Shown here one piece after another: positions 36,985-45,127 of a stretch of 64,000 bases of DNA. Position numbers and translations under genes: made by a program. The notes below the pieces were generated by a model, which saw nothing but the letters and a program-made list of their open reading frames with translations, made no database searches and was not told the origin of the DNA. The stretch is taken from the NCBI GenBank assembly GCA_019116805.1, contig DXAV01000068.1:21709-85708 (forward strand), in the 5' to 3' direction. Positions within the stretch are counted from its first letter, which is position 1. Every line of letters starts with the position of its first letter. This stretch comes from Candidatus Bacteroides merdavium. GTDB taxonomy: Bacteria > Bacteroidota > Bacteroidia > Bacteroidales > Bacteroidaceae.

Positions 36985-37608
36985 ATGGCTATTCTGATTA
37001 CGACCGTTGAAACGCAGGGCGACCTGACGGGCAGGAGCCACTGGTGGGGCGCACCCGACCTGCCGAAGGACGTGGCATATCCCTGCGTGGCCGTGGACGA
37101 CGGCGAGGGCAAGCACTACGACGAGCCGCTGACCTTCGTCTGCCAGATACGTTGCGCCGACCTGGCGCCGCTGGACGGCGAGAACCTGCTGCCCCACAGG
37201 GGGATGCTCTACTTCTTTGCGCCGCTGGATTATTTCCTGGGGGAACACGAGTCGCCGCTCGACTATCACACAAGGCCCGTGGTGATTTACGACGAGCGGG
37301 AGGAGGGGTTGGAGCCCTACGACCTGCGCTGGGAGGATACGGACGAGAGCGTGTTCCGCCCTGCCGAGGCGATGGACTTCGGCGTGGCGGGCGAAGCCAG
37401 GGGCGACGGACACCGCCTGCTGGGCCTGCCCTATCAGGAGGAGGTGGAAGGAGAGCATCCGGGCTGCCTGTCGCTGCTCCAGATAGACGAGGACGACCGC
37501 TGGGGGCTGCGCTTCTACGATTGCGGCATGTATTACTTCCTCCTCTCCAAAGAGAACCTCCGAGCACGCCGCTGGGACAGGGTGGAGGGGGCGTTGTTCT
37601 TCTACTGA
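36985..37608 (+). CDS. DUF1963 (YwqG-like) protein
   Basis: SHWWGAPDLP, PLTFVCQI, LP..GMLYFF, LLQID and FYDCG motifs. Confidence 0.85.
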   Translation: MAILITTVETQGDLTGRSHWWGAPDLPKDVAYPCVAVDDGEGKHYDEPLTFVCQIRCADLAPLDGENLLPHRGMLYFFAPLDYFLGEHESPLDYHTRPVVIYDEREEGLEPYDLRWEDTDESVFRPAEAMDFGVAGEARGDGHRLLGLPYQEEVEGEHPGCLSLLQIDEDDRWGLRFYDCGMYYFLLSKENLRARRWDRVEGALFFY

Positions 37609-37782
37609 ACGGACGGCAAGGGTGGAGCCCTTCTCTGGCGGGGAGATTTATCGGCCCGATTGTTGGGCGCATCGGCAGATTTTCACTACATTTGTAAGCC
37701 GACTTCGGACAAACTTTCCTGGGGTTGGACAAGTGCGGTGTGAGACAACATAAACAGAAAAATTTTTATCTTATCAGAAACG

Positions 37783-40215
37783 ATGAAAAATACACTTTTG
37801 AGAAGGTCCGTACAGGTGTTGGCGCTGGCGTGCGGATGTCTGTATGCAGGCGCGGTATCGGCGCAAAATGACAATCTGGTGTTACACTACAACCGACCGG
37901 CGGAATACTTCGAGGAGGCGCTGGTGATAGGCAACGGCACGATGGGGGCCATCATCTATGGCGGCACGCAACGCGACGTGCTCTCGCTGAACGACCTGAC
38001 CCTCTGGACGGGTGAACCCGACCGCGAGGTGACCACGCCCGACGCCTATCGGGCCATCCCCGTCATCCGCGAGCTGCTGGACAACGAGGACTACCGCGGA
38101 GCCGATCGCGAACAACGCAAGGTGCAGGGACACTATAGCGAGAACTACCAGCCCCTGGGGCAACTGACCGTCACCTACCTGGATGAGCCGGCCGAGATAA
38201 CTGCCTACCGCCGCTCGCTGGACATCGGCAACGCCACCGCACGGACGCAGTACCTTCGTGGAGGCAAGGCGCAGGCGTGCGACTACTTTGCCTCGGCGCC
38301 CGACTCGGTGATTGTGTTGCGCCTGACGTCGGCAGGCGAGAAGGGCATCAGGGCTCTGCTTTCGTTCACCTCGCAACTGCCTCATGCCACGTCGGCCGCC
38401 GGCAACGAGATGGCCGTCGAAGGTTATGCGGCCTATCATTCCTATCCGTCTTATTACAAGGGCGTCAAGGAAAAACACCTGTACGACCCCGAACGGGGGA
38501 CACGCTTCCGCACGCTGGTCAGGGTGCTGACGCAAGGAGGTAGCGTGAAGAGCTTCCCCTCGGGCGAACTGAAGATTGAGGGTGTACGCGAGGCGCTGGT
38601 GCTGGTGGCCAACGTGACGAGCTTCAACGGCTTCGACAAGGACCCTGCCCGCGAGGGACGCGACTACCGCGGATTGGTGGAGCGGCGCATGGAGCGCGCG
38701 GCGGCCAAGACCTACGACGAGCTGAGGGCGGCGCACGTGGCCGACTACAAGCACTACTTCGACCGCGTGAAGCTGGATCTTGGGCAGACGGCACCCGAAA
38801 TAGCGGCCCTGCCCACCGACGAGCAGCTGAAGCTCTATACGGACAAGCAGCAGGCAAACCCCGCGCTCGAAGCGCTCTACTTCCAGTTCGGACGCTACCT
38901 GCTCATCTCGAGCTCGCGCACGCCGGGCGTACCCGCCAACCTGCAGGGCCTGTGGAACGAACGCATCCTGCCGCCCTGGAGCTGCAACTACACCACGAAC
39001 ATCAACCTGGAGGAAAACTATTGGGCGGCGGAGACGGCCAACCTGAGTGAAATGCACCGCCCGCTGATGGACTTCATCGCCAACCTGAGCCGCACGGGCG
39101 CAGAGACGGCCAAGGCTTACTACGGCGTGGACAAGGGCTGGTGCCTGGGACAGAATACGGACATCTGGGCCATGACCTGCCCCGTGGGCCTGAACGTGGG
39201 CGACCCTTCGTGGGCCTGTTGGACGATGGGCGGCGCATGGCTCTCCACCCACATCTGGGAGCGCTACCAGTTCACGCGCGACAAGGAGTTCCTCAAGCAA
39301 TATTACCCCGTCCTGAAGGGAGCGGCGGAGTTCTGCCTCGGCTGGCTCGTGGAGAAGGACGGCAAGCTGATAACCTCGCCCGGCACTTCGCCCGAGAACA
39401 AGTTTGTGACGCCCGACGGCTATGTGGGCGCCACCTCCTACGGCTGTACGTCCGACCTGGCCATGACGCGCGAATGTCTGATGGACGCCGCCAAGGCCGC
39501 CGCCACGCTGAAGACCGACAAGGACTTCCAGAAGCAGGTGGAGCGGACGCTGACCCGCCTCTTGCCCTACCGCGTGGGAGCCAACGGCAACCTGCAGGAG
39601 TGGTATCACGACTGGAAGGATCAGGATCCGCAACACCGCCACCAGTCGCATCTGTTCGGCCTATATCCGGGTCATCACCTCTCTGTAGCGGCTACGCCCG
39701 ACCTGGCCAAGGCATGCGCCCGCACGCTGGAAATCAAGGGTGACAATACGACGGGATGGAGCACGGGTTGGCGCGTCAACCTCTATGCCCGCCTGCACGA
39801 CGGCAAGAACGCCTACCACATCTATCGCCGCCTGCTCCGCCTGGTGAGCCCCGACGGCTACAAAGGGGAGGACGCCCGACGCGGAGGCGGTACGTATCCT
39901 AACCTGCTGGACGCTCATTCGCCTTTCCAGATTGATGGAAACTTTGGCGGTTGTGCAGGCGTCATCGAGATGCTGATGCAATCCACCGAGAGCTCCATCA
40001 GCTTGCTGCCCGCCCTGCCCGAGGAGTGGAAGGACGGCCGCGTGGAGGGTATCTGCGCCCGTGGCGGCTTCGTGGTGGACATGACGTGGAAGGACGGCCG
40101 CGTGACCGACCTGCGCATCACTGCCCGCACCGACGGCAGGACACAGCTCTGCTTCAACGGACAGAAGAAGCGCATCAGTTTGAAGGCGGGCGAGAGCTGG
40201 GAGATGAAGAATTAA
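37783..40215 (+). CDS. GH95 alpha-L-fucosidase
   Basis: Signal peptide; IGNG, FGRYLLISSSR, ANLQGLWN, NINLEENYW, HRHQSHL and PFQIDGNFG motifs. Confidence 0.95.
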   Translation: MKNTLLRRSVQVLALACGCLYAGAVSAQNDNLVLHYNRPAEYFEEALVIGNGTMGAIIYGGTQRDVLSLNDLTLWTGEPDREVTTPDAYRAIPVIRELLDNEDYRGADREQRKVQGHYSENYQPLGQLTVTYLDEPAEITAYRRSLDIGNATARTQYLRGGKAQACDYFASAPDSVIVLRLTSAGEKGIRALLSFTSQLPHATSAAGNEMAVEGYAAYHSYPSYYKGVKEKHLYDPERGTRFRTLVRVLTQGGSVKSFPSGELKIEGVREALVLVANVTSFNGFDKDPAREGRDYRGLVERRMERAAAKTYDELRAAHVADYKHYFDRVKLDLGQTAPEIAALPTDEQLKLYTDKQQANPALEALYFQFGRYLLISSSRTPGVPANLQGLWNERILPPWSCNYTTNINLEENYWAAETANLSEMHRPLMDFIANLSRTGAETAKAYYGVDKGWCLGQNTDIWAMTCPVGLNVGDPSWACWTMGGAWLSTHIWERYQFTRDKEFLKQYYPVLKGAAEFCLGWLVEKDGKLITSPGTSPENKFVTPDGYVGATSYGCTSDLAMTRECLMDAAKAAATLKTDKDFQKQVERTLTRLLPYRVGANGNLQEWYHDWKDQDPQHRHQSHLFGLYPGHHLSVAATPDLAKACARTLEIKGDNTTGWSTGWRVNLYARLHDGKNAYHIYRRLLRLVSPDGYKGEDARRGGGTYPNLLDAHSPFQIDGNFGGCAGVIEMLMQSTESSISLLPALPEEWKDGRVEGICARGGFVVDMTWKDGRVTDLRITARTDGRTQLCFNGQKKRISLKAGESWEMKN

Positions 40216-40310
40216 GCATTAGTTTTTTAGGTTTTGCGTATGGAAAGGATGAGTGGAAAGGTTGGCGGACGACGGTTTGCTTGATGCTTGTGTCGTGTGT
40301 CGTGGCATTG

Positions 40311-40775
40311 TCGGCTTCGCACGGAGGTTTCCGCAACGTGACCATCGACAACATCGAGGTGTATGACACCTTCCGCTCGGCCATTGCCATCGAGACGGTG
40401 GATGGCGGCGGGTTGGAAAACGTGCGGGTGACACGTGTACAGGCAAGGAATACGGGCAATCCGCTCTTCATCCGCCTCGGACATAGGGCGGGCGAGAAAC
40501 CCGGCTACCTGCGCAACATTTATATCGGCCAGATGAAGGTGGAGGTACCTTTCGGACGGCCGGACGAGGATTATGACCTTCGGGGGCCGGCGGTGACTTT
40601 CTTCCACAATCCGATACCTTCGTCCGTCACGGGCATCCCCGGCTCGCGGGTGGAGAATGTGGTGATAGAGGATGTGGAGATACGCTATCCGGGCAGGGCA
40701 ACGAAGGGGATGGCCTACGTGCCCCTGTGGCGGCTCGATGCCGTGCCCGAGGCCGTGGAAGAGTATCCTGAATTT
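40311..40775 (+). pseudogene. Internal fragment of a GH28-like parallel beta-helix glycoside hydrolase
   Basis: ASHGGFRNVTI...RSAIAIETVDGG..ENV...PLFIRLG...YPEF, with no credible start. The apparent homology ends at the ygiQ stop codon. Confidence 0.75.
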
Positions 40776-42597
40776 ATTTTCTGCCCCCTCTGTTGCCGCC
40801 ATACAGCTTGTCAATCAGGTCGGAGCGACCGATGCGGCGCAGCTCGTTGACGATGTTGCGACGCTCCTCGGGCTTGTACCAGAAGAAGAACTGGCGTTGG
40901 GCCAGCTTCTCGCGTTGCGTCTTGGCGCTGAACACGGGTTCGAGGGTGTAGGGATGGTAACCTGTGTACCACGCCTCCGTGCTGACGGTCATGGGTGTGG
41001 GCGTGAAGTCCTGTACCTGCTCCAGGTGGAAATCGAGCCGCTTGGTGATGACGGCCAGTTCGGCCATGTCTTCCTCATGGCAACCGGGGTGGCTGGAGAT
41101 GAAGTAGGGGATGAGCTGCTGGCGCAGGCCCTCCTCCTGGTTGATGCGGTCGAAAATCTTTTTGAACGTCTCGAACTGGGCGAATGGCGGCTTGCGCATG
41201 ACGTTCAACACACGGTCGCTGGTGTGCTCGGGCGCCACCTTCAGGCGTCCGCTGACGTGGCGGGCGATGAGTTCGCGGGTGTATTCGCGGGTACTTTGGT
41301 TCACTTTCGGATCCTTGCTCTCGTGGAGCAGGAGGTCGTAGCGCACACCACTTCCGATGAACGACTTCTTGATGCCCGGCAGGGCATCGACGGCGTGGTA
41401 GATGTCGAGCAGGGGGCGGTGGTCGGTATTCAGGTTGGGACACACCTTGGGATGGATGCACGAAGGCCGCTTGCACTTCTTGCACAGCTCCTGGTTGATG
41501 CCCTGCATGCGATACATGTTGGCACTGGGGCCACCCAGGTCGCTCAAGTAGCCCTTGAAGTCGGGCAGCTCCATGACGGCCTTCACCTCACGCAGGATGC
41601 TCTCCTTGCTACGGCTCATGATGAACTTTCCCTGATGGGCGGAGATGGTGCAGAAGGCACATCCGCCGAAGCATCCGCGGTGGATGTTGACAGAGTGCTT
41701 GATCATGTCGTAGGCGGGGATGCGCTTGCCCTTGTACTTGGGATGGGGCAGGCGCGTGTAGGGCAGGTCGAACGAATGGTCGAGCTCCTCGGTGGTCAGG
41801 GGCGGGTAGGGCGGATTGACTACCACCACTTGCTTGCCTACATTTTGCAGGATGCGCGCGGCGGCATACTTGTTGCTTTCTTCCTCGATGTGGCGGAAGT
41901 TGGCGGCCTCCTTCTTCTTGTCCTTCAGGCATTCCTCGTGGGAGTAGAGGGTGATGTCGCCCTCCACAGGGCTGACTTCGCGGGCAAGGTAGGCGGTCTG
42001 GGGAACGTCGTCCAGCGGGTGTCCCTCCATCAAGCGGCGGGTCAGTTCGACAATGGGCTTCTCCCCCATGCCATAGATGAGCAGGTCGGCTCCGCTATCC
42101 ACCAGGATGCTGGGGCGCACACGGTCTTGCCAATAGTCGTAGTGCGTCAGGCGTCGCATACTGGCCTCGATGCCTCCCAAGAAGACGGGCACGTCGGGGA
42201 AGAGTCGTTTCAGGATTTGCGTATAGACGATGGAGGGGTATTCGGGGCGCATGTCGGGGCGCGCGTCGGGCGTATAGGCATCGTCGCTGCGCAGGCGTTT
42301 GTTGGCGGTGTATTTGTTCACCATGGAGTCCATGCAACCGGCCGATACGCCGAAGAACAGGCGGGGACGGCCCAGCTTCTTGAAGTCGCGCAGGTCGTCA
42401 CGCCAGTTGGGTTGGGGGACGATGGCCACACGCAACCCTTCCGCCTCCAGTATGCGTCCGATGACGGCAGCGCCGAACGAGGGATGATCCACATAGGCAT
42501 CACCGCTGAAGATAATTACGTCCAGTTCGTCCCACCCGCGGAGTTCCACTTCTTTTTTGGTCGTGGGCAACCAATCTGTCAGTCTGTATTCTTTCAT
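40774..42597 (-). CDS. ygiQ: YgiQ family radical SAM protein
   Basis: GDAYVDHPSFG, RGCFGGCAFC (CxxxCxxC), DLGGPSANMY and YFISSHPG motifs. Confidence 0.95.
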   Translation of the reverse strand: MKEYRLTDWLPTTKKEVELRGWDELDVIIFSGDAYVDHPSFGAAVIGRILEAEGLRVAIVPQPNWRDDLRDFKKLGRPRLFFGVSAGCMDSMVNKYTANKRLRSDDAYTPDARPDMRPEYPSIVYTQILKRLFPDVPVFLGGIEASMRRLTHYDYWQDRVRPSILVDSGADLLIYGMGEKPIVELTRRLMEGHPLDDVPQTAYLAREVSPVEGDITLYSHEECLKDKKKEAANFRHIEEESNKYAAARILQNVGKQVVVVNPPYPPLTTEELDHSFDLPYTRLPHPKYKGKRIPAYDMIKHSVNIHRGCFGGCAFCTISAHQGKFIMSRSKESILREVKAVMELPDFKGYLSDLGGPSANMYRMQGINQELCKKCKRPSCIHPKVCPNLNTDHRPLLDIYHAVDALPGIKKSFIGSGVRYDLLLHESKDPKVNQSTREYTRELIARHVSGRLKVAPEHTSDRVLNVMRKPPFAQFETFKKIFDRINQEEGLRQQLIPYFISSHPGCHEEDMAELAVITKRLDFHLEQVQDFTPTPMTVSTEAWYTGYHPYTLEPVFSAKTQREKLAQRQFFFWYKPEERRNIVNELRRIGRSDLIDKLYGGNRGGRK

Positions 42598-42615
42598 GGG
42601 CACAAAGATACGACC

Positions 42616-42828
42616 TTATTTTGTAAATTGCACGGTCATCTGCTCGCCGTCGTAGATTTCGCGGAAACCGATGTGCTGTTCGGCCAGGTATTCCTTCAGG
42701 TCGTTGAAGGCGGAGGCATTGTCCATGATAATCTCCAGCGTCTCGCCGGATGGAGCTTCACACAGGGCCTTGATGGCGGGAATGAGCGGGCTGTAGTGCG
42801 ACGTGCCGCACGTGTTGACGGTTTTCAT
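42616..42828 (-). CDS. TusA/SirA-like small protein
   Basis: MKTVNTCG...SPLIPAIKAL...GETLEIIMDN pattern. 4-bp overlap with the upstream gene. Confidence 0.7.
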   Translation of the reverse strand: MKTVNTCGTSHYSPLIPAIKALCEAPSGETLEIIMDNASAFNDLKEYLAEQHIGFREIYDGEQMTVQFTK

Positions 42829-43148
42829 GATTGTTCTTCCTCTTCTTCTGTGGCATGTTCGGGCAACCATTGCAGGTAGAGCCTGATGAGTTGCTGAAGT
42901 CCGAAAGCCTTCATGTTGTTGTGGTAGATGACGTCGATGCAGAGATCCAGCAGGTCTTTGCTATCTTCTACTTGTGCGGCAATCAGCGAACGGATGTTCA
43001 GCTTCAGCTTGTCGAGCACGGTTTCGTCCACGATGCCGTTGCTGTCTATCAGATGCTGGAACAGTCCGTATTTCTGGATGGTGGCGAGGTGTTCGTCCGA
43101 CACTTCGATGCTGCGTGTGCCGCTTGTATTGGCTTGTATGGTGTACAT
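42825..43148 (-). CDS. Conserved Bacteroidales hypothetical protein
   Basis: 107-aa ORF with a -7 element at 43193-43200, coupled to the TusA-like gene. Confidence 0.75.
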   Translation of the reverse strand: MYTIQANTSGTRSIEVSDEHLATIQKYGLFQHLIDSNGIVDETVLDKLKLNIRSLIAAQVEDSKDLLDLCIDVIYHNNMKAFGLQQLIRLYLQWLPEHATEEEEEQS

Positions 43149-43243
43149 GTCTTTTTAAGTTTAAAGGTTGATAATTTATACTTCGATTGCAGCAAAGATA
43201 GTGTTTTCGTGATATATTCTGCTATATAGGGGTGAATTTCTTA

Positions 43244-43380
43244 CAGAAAACGTTGTTTTCGCCTTTTGTACTTCTCTCGGTTTGCACTATCTTTTCATAA
43301 GATAGGCTGCACCTCGGAAGTAAAAAGTCAGAAAACGTTGTTTCCGTCTTTTGTACTTCTCTCGGTTTGCACTATCTTTG
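43244..43380 (+). repeat. Promoter-carrying direct/inverted composite repeat
   Basis: 51-bp direct repeat (43244-43294 and 43329-43379, 2 mismatches) around an imperfect inverted copy. The second copy ends in TATCTTTG. Confidence 0.85.
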
Positions 43381-43400
43381 CATACAAACAAGAGCTGCTA

Positions 43401-45071
43401 ATGATAAAACATTATATATCCTTATTATTTTGCGCCGGATGGCTGTGCGGAGCCACTTCGCTGAAGGCGGCGGTGCCAGCCGATTCGGCTTCTTTTGTCA
43501 ATCCTTTCGCTCATCCCATCACGTTCAGCGGGAATTTCGGCGAGCTGCGGGCGAACCACTTCCACGGAGGACTCGACTTCAAGACGGGAGGGGTGACGGG
43601 CAAGGCGGTGCGGGCGTTGGCCGACGGCTACATCTCGCGCATCCGTGTGACGCATGGTTCGGGCTACGTGCTCGACGTGGTTTACAACAACGGTTATACT
43701 ACCATCAATCGTCACCTGGAAGCTTTTGTGGGTGACATTGCCCGGCGGGTGGAAGACTTGCAATACGAGCAGGAGAGCTGGGAGGTGGAGATCGTGCCCG
43801 AGGCAGGGGAATACCCTGTCCGTTGTGGGCAGGTCATTGCCTATAGTGGCAATACGGGCTATTCGTTTGGTCCGCATCTGCATCTGGACGTCATAGAGAC
43901 GGCCACGGACGAGTATGTCGATCCGCTGCCTTTCTTTGCCGGGCAGGTGAAGGACCACACGGCGCCGAAGGCACAGGGCATCATGCTCTTTCCGCAACGC
44001 GGACGGGGTGTGGTGAACGGCAAGACGACAAGGCAGGCCTTTGCCCTGAACAAGACGGCGGGCATCACGGCCTGGGGTGAGATAGGGGCAGGCATCCGTG
44101 CCTACGACTACATGGACGGGGTTCACAACCGCTACGGCGTGCATACGGTGATTCTCGAAGTGGATGGGCAGGAAGTCTTCCGCAGTGTGGTGGATCGCTT
44201 TGCTTACGACGAGAACCGCTATATCAACTCCTGGACTTACGGGCAGTACATGAAGTCGTTCATCGACCCCGGCAACCGTCTCCGCCTGCTGCATGCCTCC
44301 AACGGTAACCGCGGATTGGTGACCATCGACGAGGAGCGGCCCTATCGCTTTGTCTATACGCTGCGCGATGCGTTGGGCAACGAGTCGAAGGTGCGCTTCA
44401 CCGTGCAGGGTCGTCGGAGCGACATCCCCGCGGTGGAGCATCGTGAGAAGTATCATTTCCGTTGGGACAAGGTGAACTACCTGCAGGAACCCGGCCTCGA
44501 GCTGGTGTTGCCCCGCGGCGTGCTCTACGAGGATGCTTACCTGAACTATGCCGTCCGTGCCGACAGCGGTGACATCGCCTTCACCTATCAACTGAACGAC
44601 CGTAACATATCCCTGCACAAGGCATGCAACCTGCGCATCGGATTGCGCCGCCGTCCGTTGGCCGATAGCACGAAGTACTACGTGGCCAGTGTCAGTGCCA
44701 AGGGCCGCAAGTACAACATGGGCGGCCGCTACGTGGACGGTTACATGGAGGTGAAGGTGCGTGACCTGGCTACCTACACCGTCGCCATCGATACCATTCC
44801 GCCCGTATTGACGCCTGTGGGGCAGGCCGGCTGGGGACGCTCGGGACGCATCGTCTTCAAGGCGAAGGACGCGCAGACAGGCATTGCCTTCTATCGTGGC
44901 ACCATCGATGGGAAGTATGCTCTTTTCGGCAAGCCGAATTCCATAAAAGGAGAATTGGTGTGCCGGCTCGACCCGCGCCGGGTGAAGAAGGGGGGCAGCC
45001 ATGTGCTGGTGATGAGTGTCACCGACGGTTGCGGCAACGTCACCACCCGCCAGTACCGTTTTGTGTGGTAG
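43401..45071 (+). CDS. M23 family metallopeptidase
   Basis: HFHGGLD and GNTGYSFGPHLH motifs. Signal peptide from MIKHY. Confidence 0.92.
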   Translation: MIKHYISLLFCAGWLCGATSLKAAVPADSASFVNPFAHPITFSGNFGELRANHFHGGLDFKTGGVTGKAVRALADGYISRIRVTHGSGYVLDVVYNNGYTTINRHLEAFVGDIARRVEDLQYEQESWEVEIVPEAGEYPVRCGQVIAYSGNTGYSFGPHLHLDVIETATDEYVDPLPFFAGQVKDHTAPKAQGIMLFPQRGRGVVNGKTTRQAFALNKTAGITAWGEIGAGIRAYDYMDGVHNRYGVHTVILEVDGQEVFRSVVDRFAYDENRYINSWTYGQYMKSFIDPGNRLRLLHASNGNRGLVTIDEERPYRFVYTLRDALGNESKVRFTVQGRRSDIPAVEHREKYHFRWDKVNYLQEPGLELVLPRGVLYEDAYLNYAVRADSGDIAFTYQLNDRNISLHKACNLRIGLRRRPLADSTKYYVASVSAKGRKYNMGGRYVDGYMEVKVRDLATYTVAIDTIPPVLTPVGQAGWGRSGRIVFKAKDAQTGIAFYRGTIDGKYALFGKPNSIKGELVCRLDPRRVKKGGSHVLVMSVTDGCGNVTTRQYRFVW

Positions 45072-45127
45072 CGGTGTAGAAGAATGAATTATCAATTATC
45101 AACTCTCAATTAATAAAGCTATCGATT

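Noticed and set aside
29579-37608. Prophage, ICE or transposon call for the island
   Set aside because: No integrase, transposase, relaxase, structural genes or flanking direct repeats were seen.
39951-40850. 299-aa ORF as an intact gene
   Set aside because: Chimeric reading: out-of-frame GH95 tail, intergenic DNA, the GH28-like fragment and ygiQ antisense.
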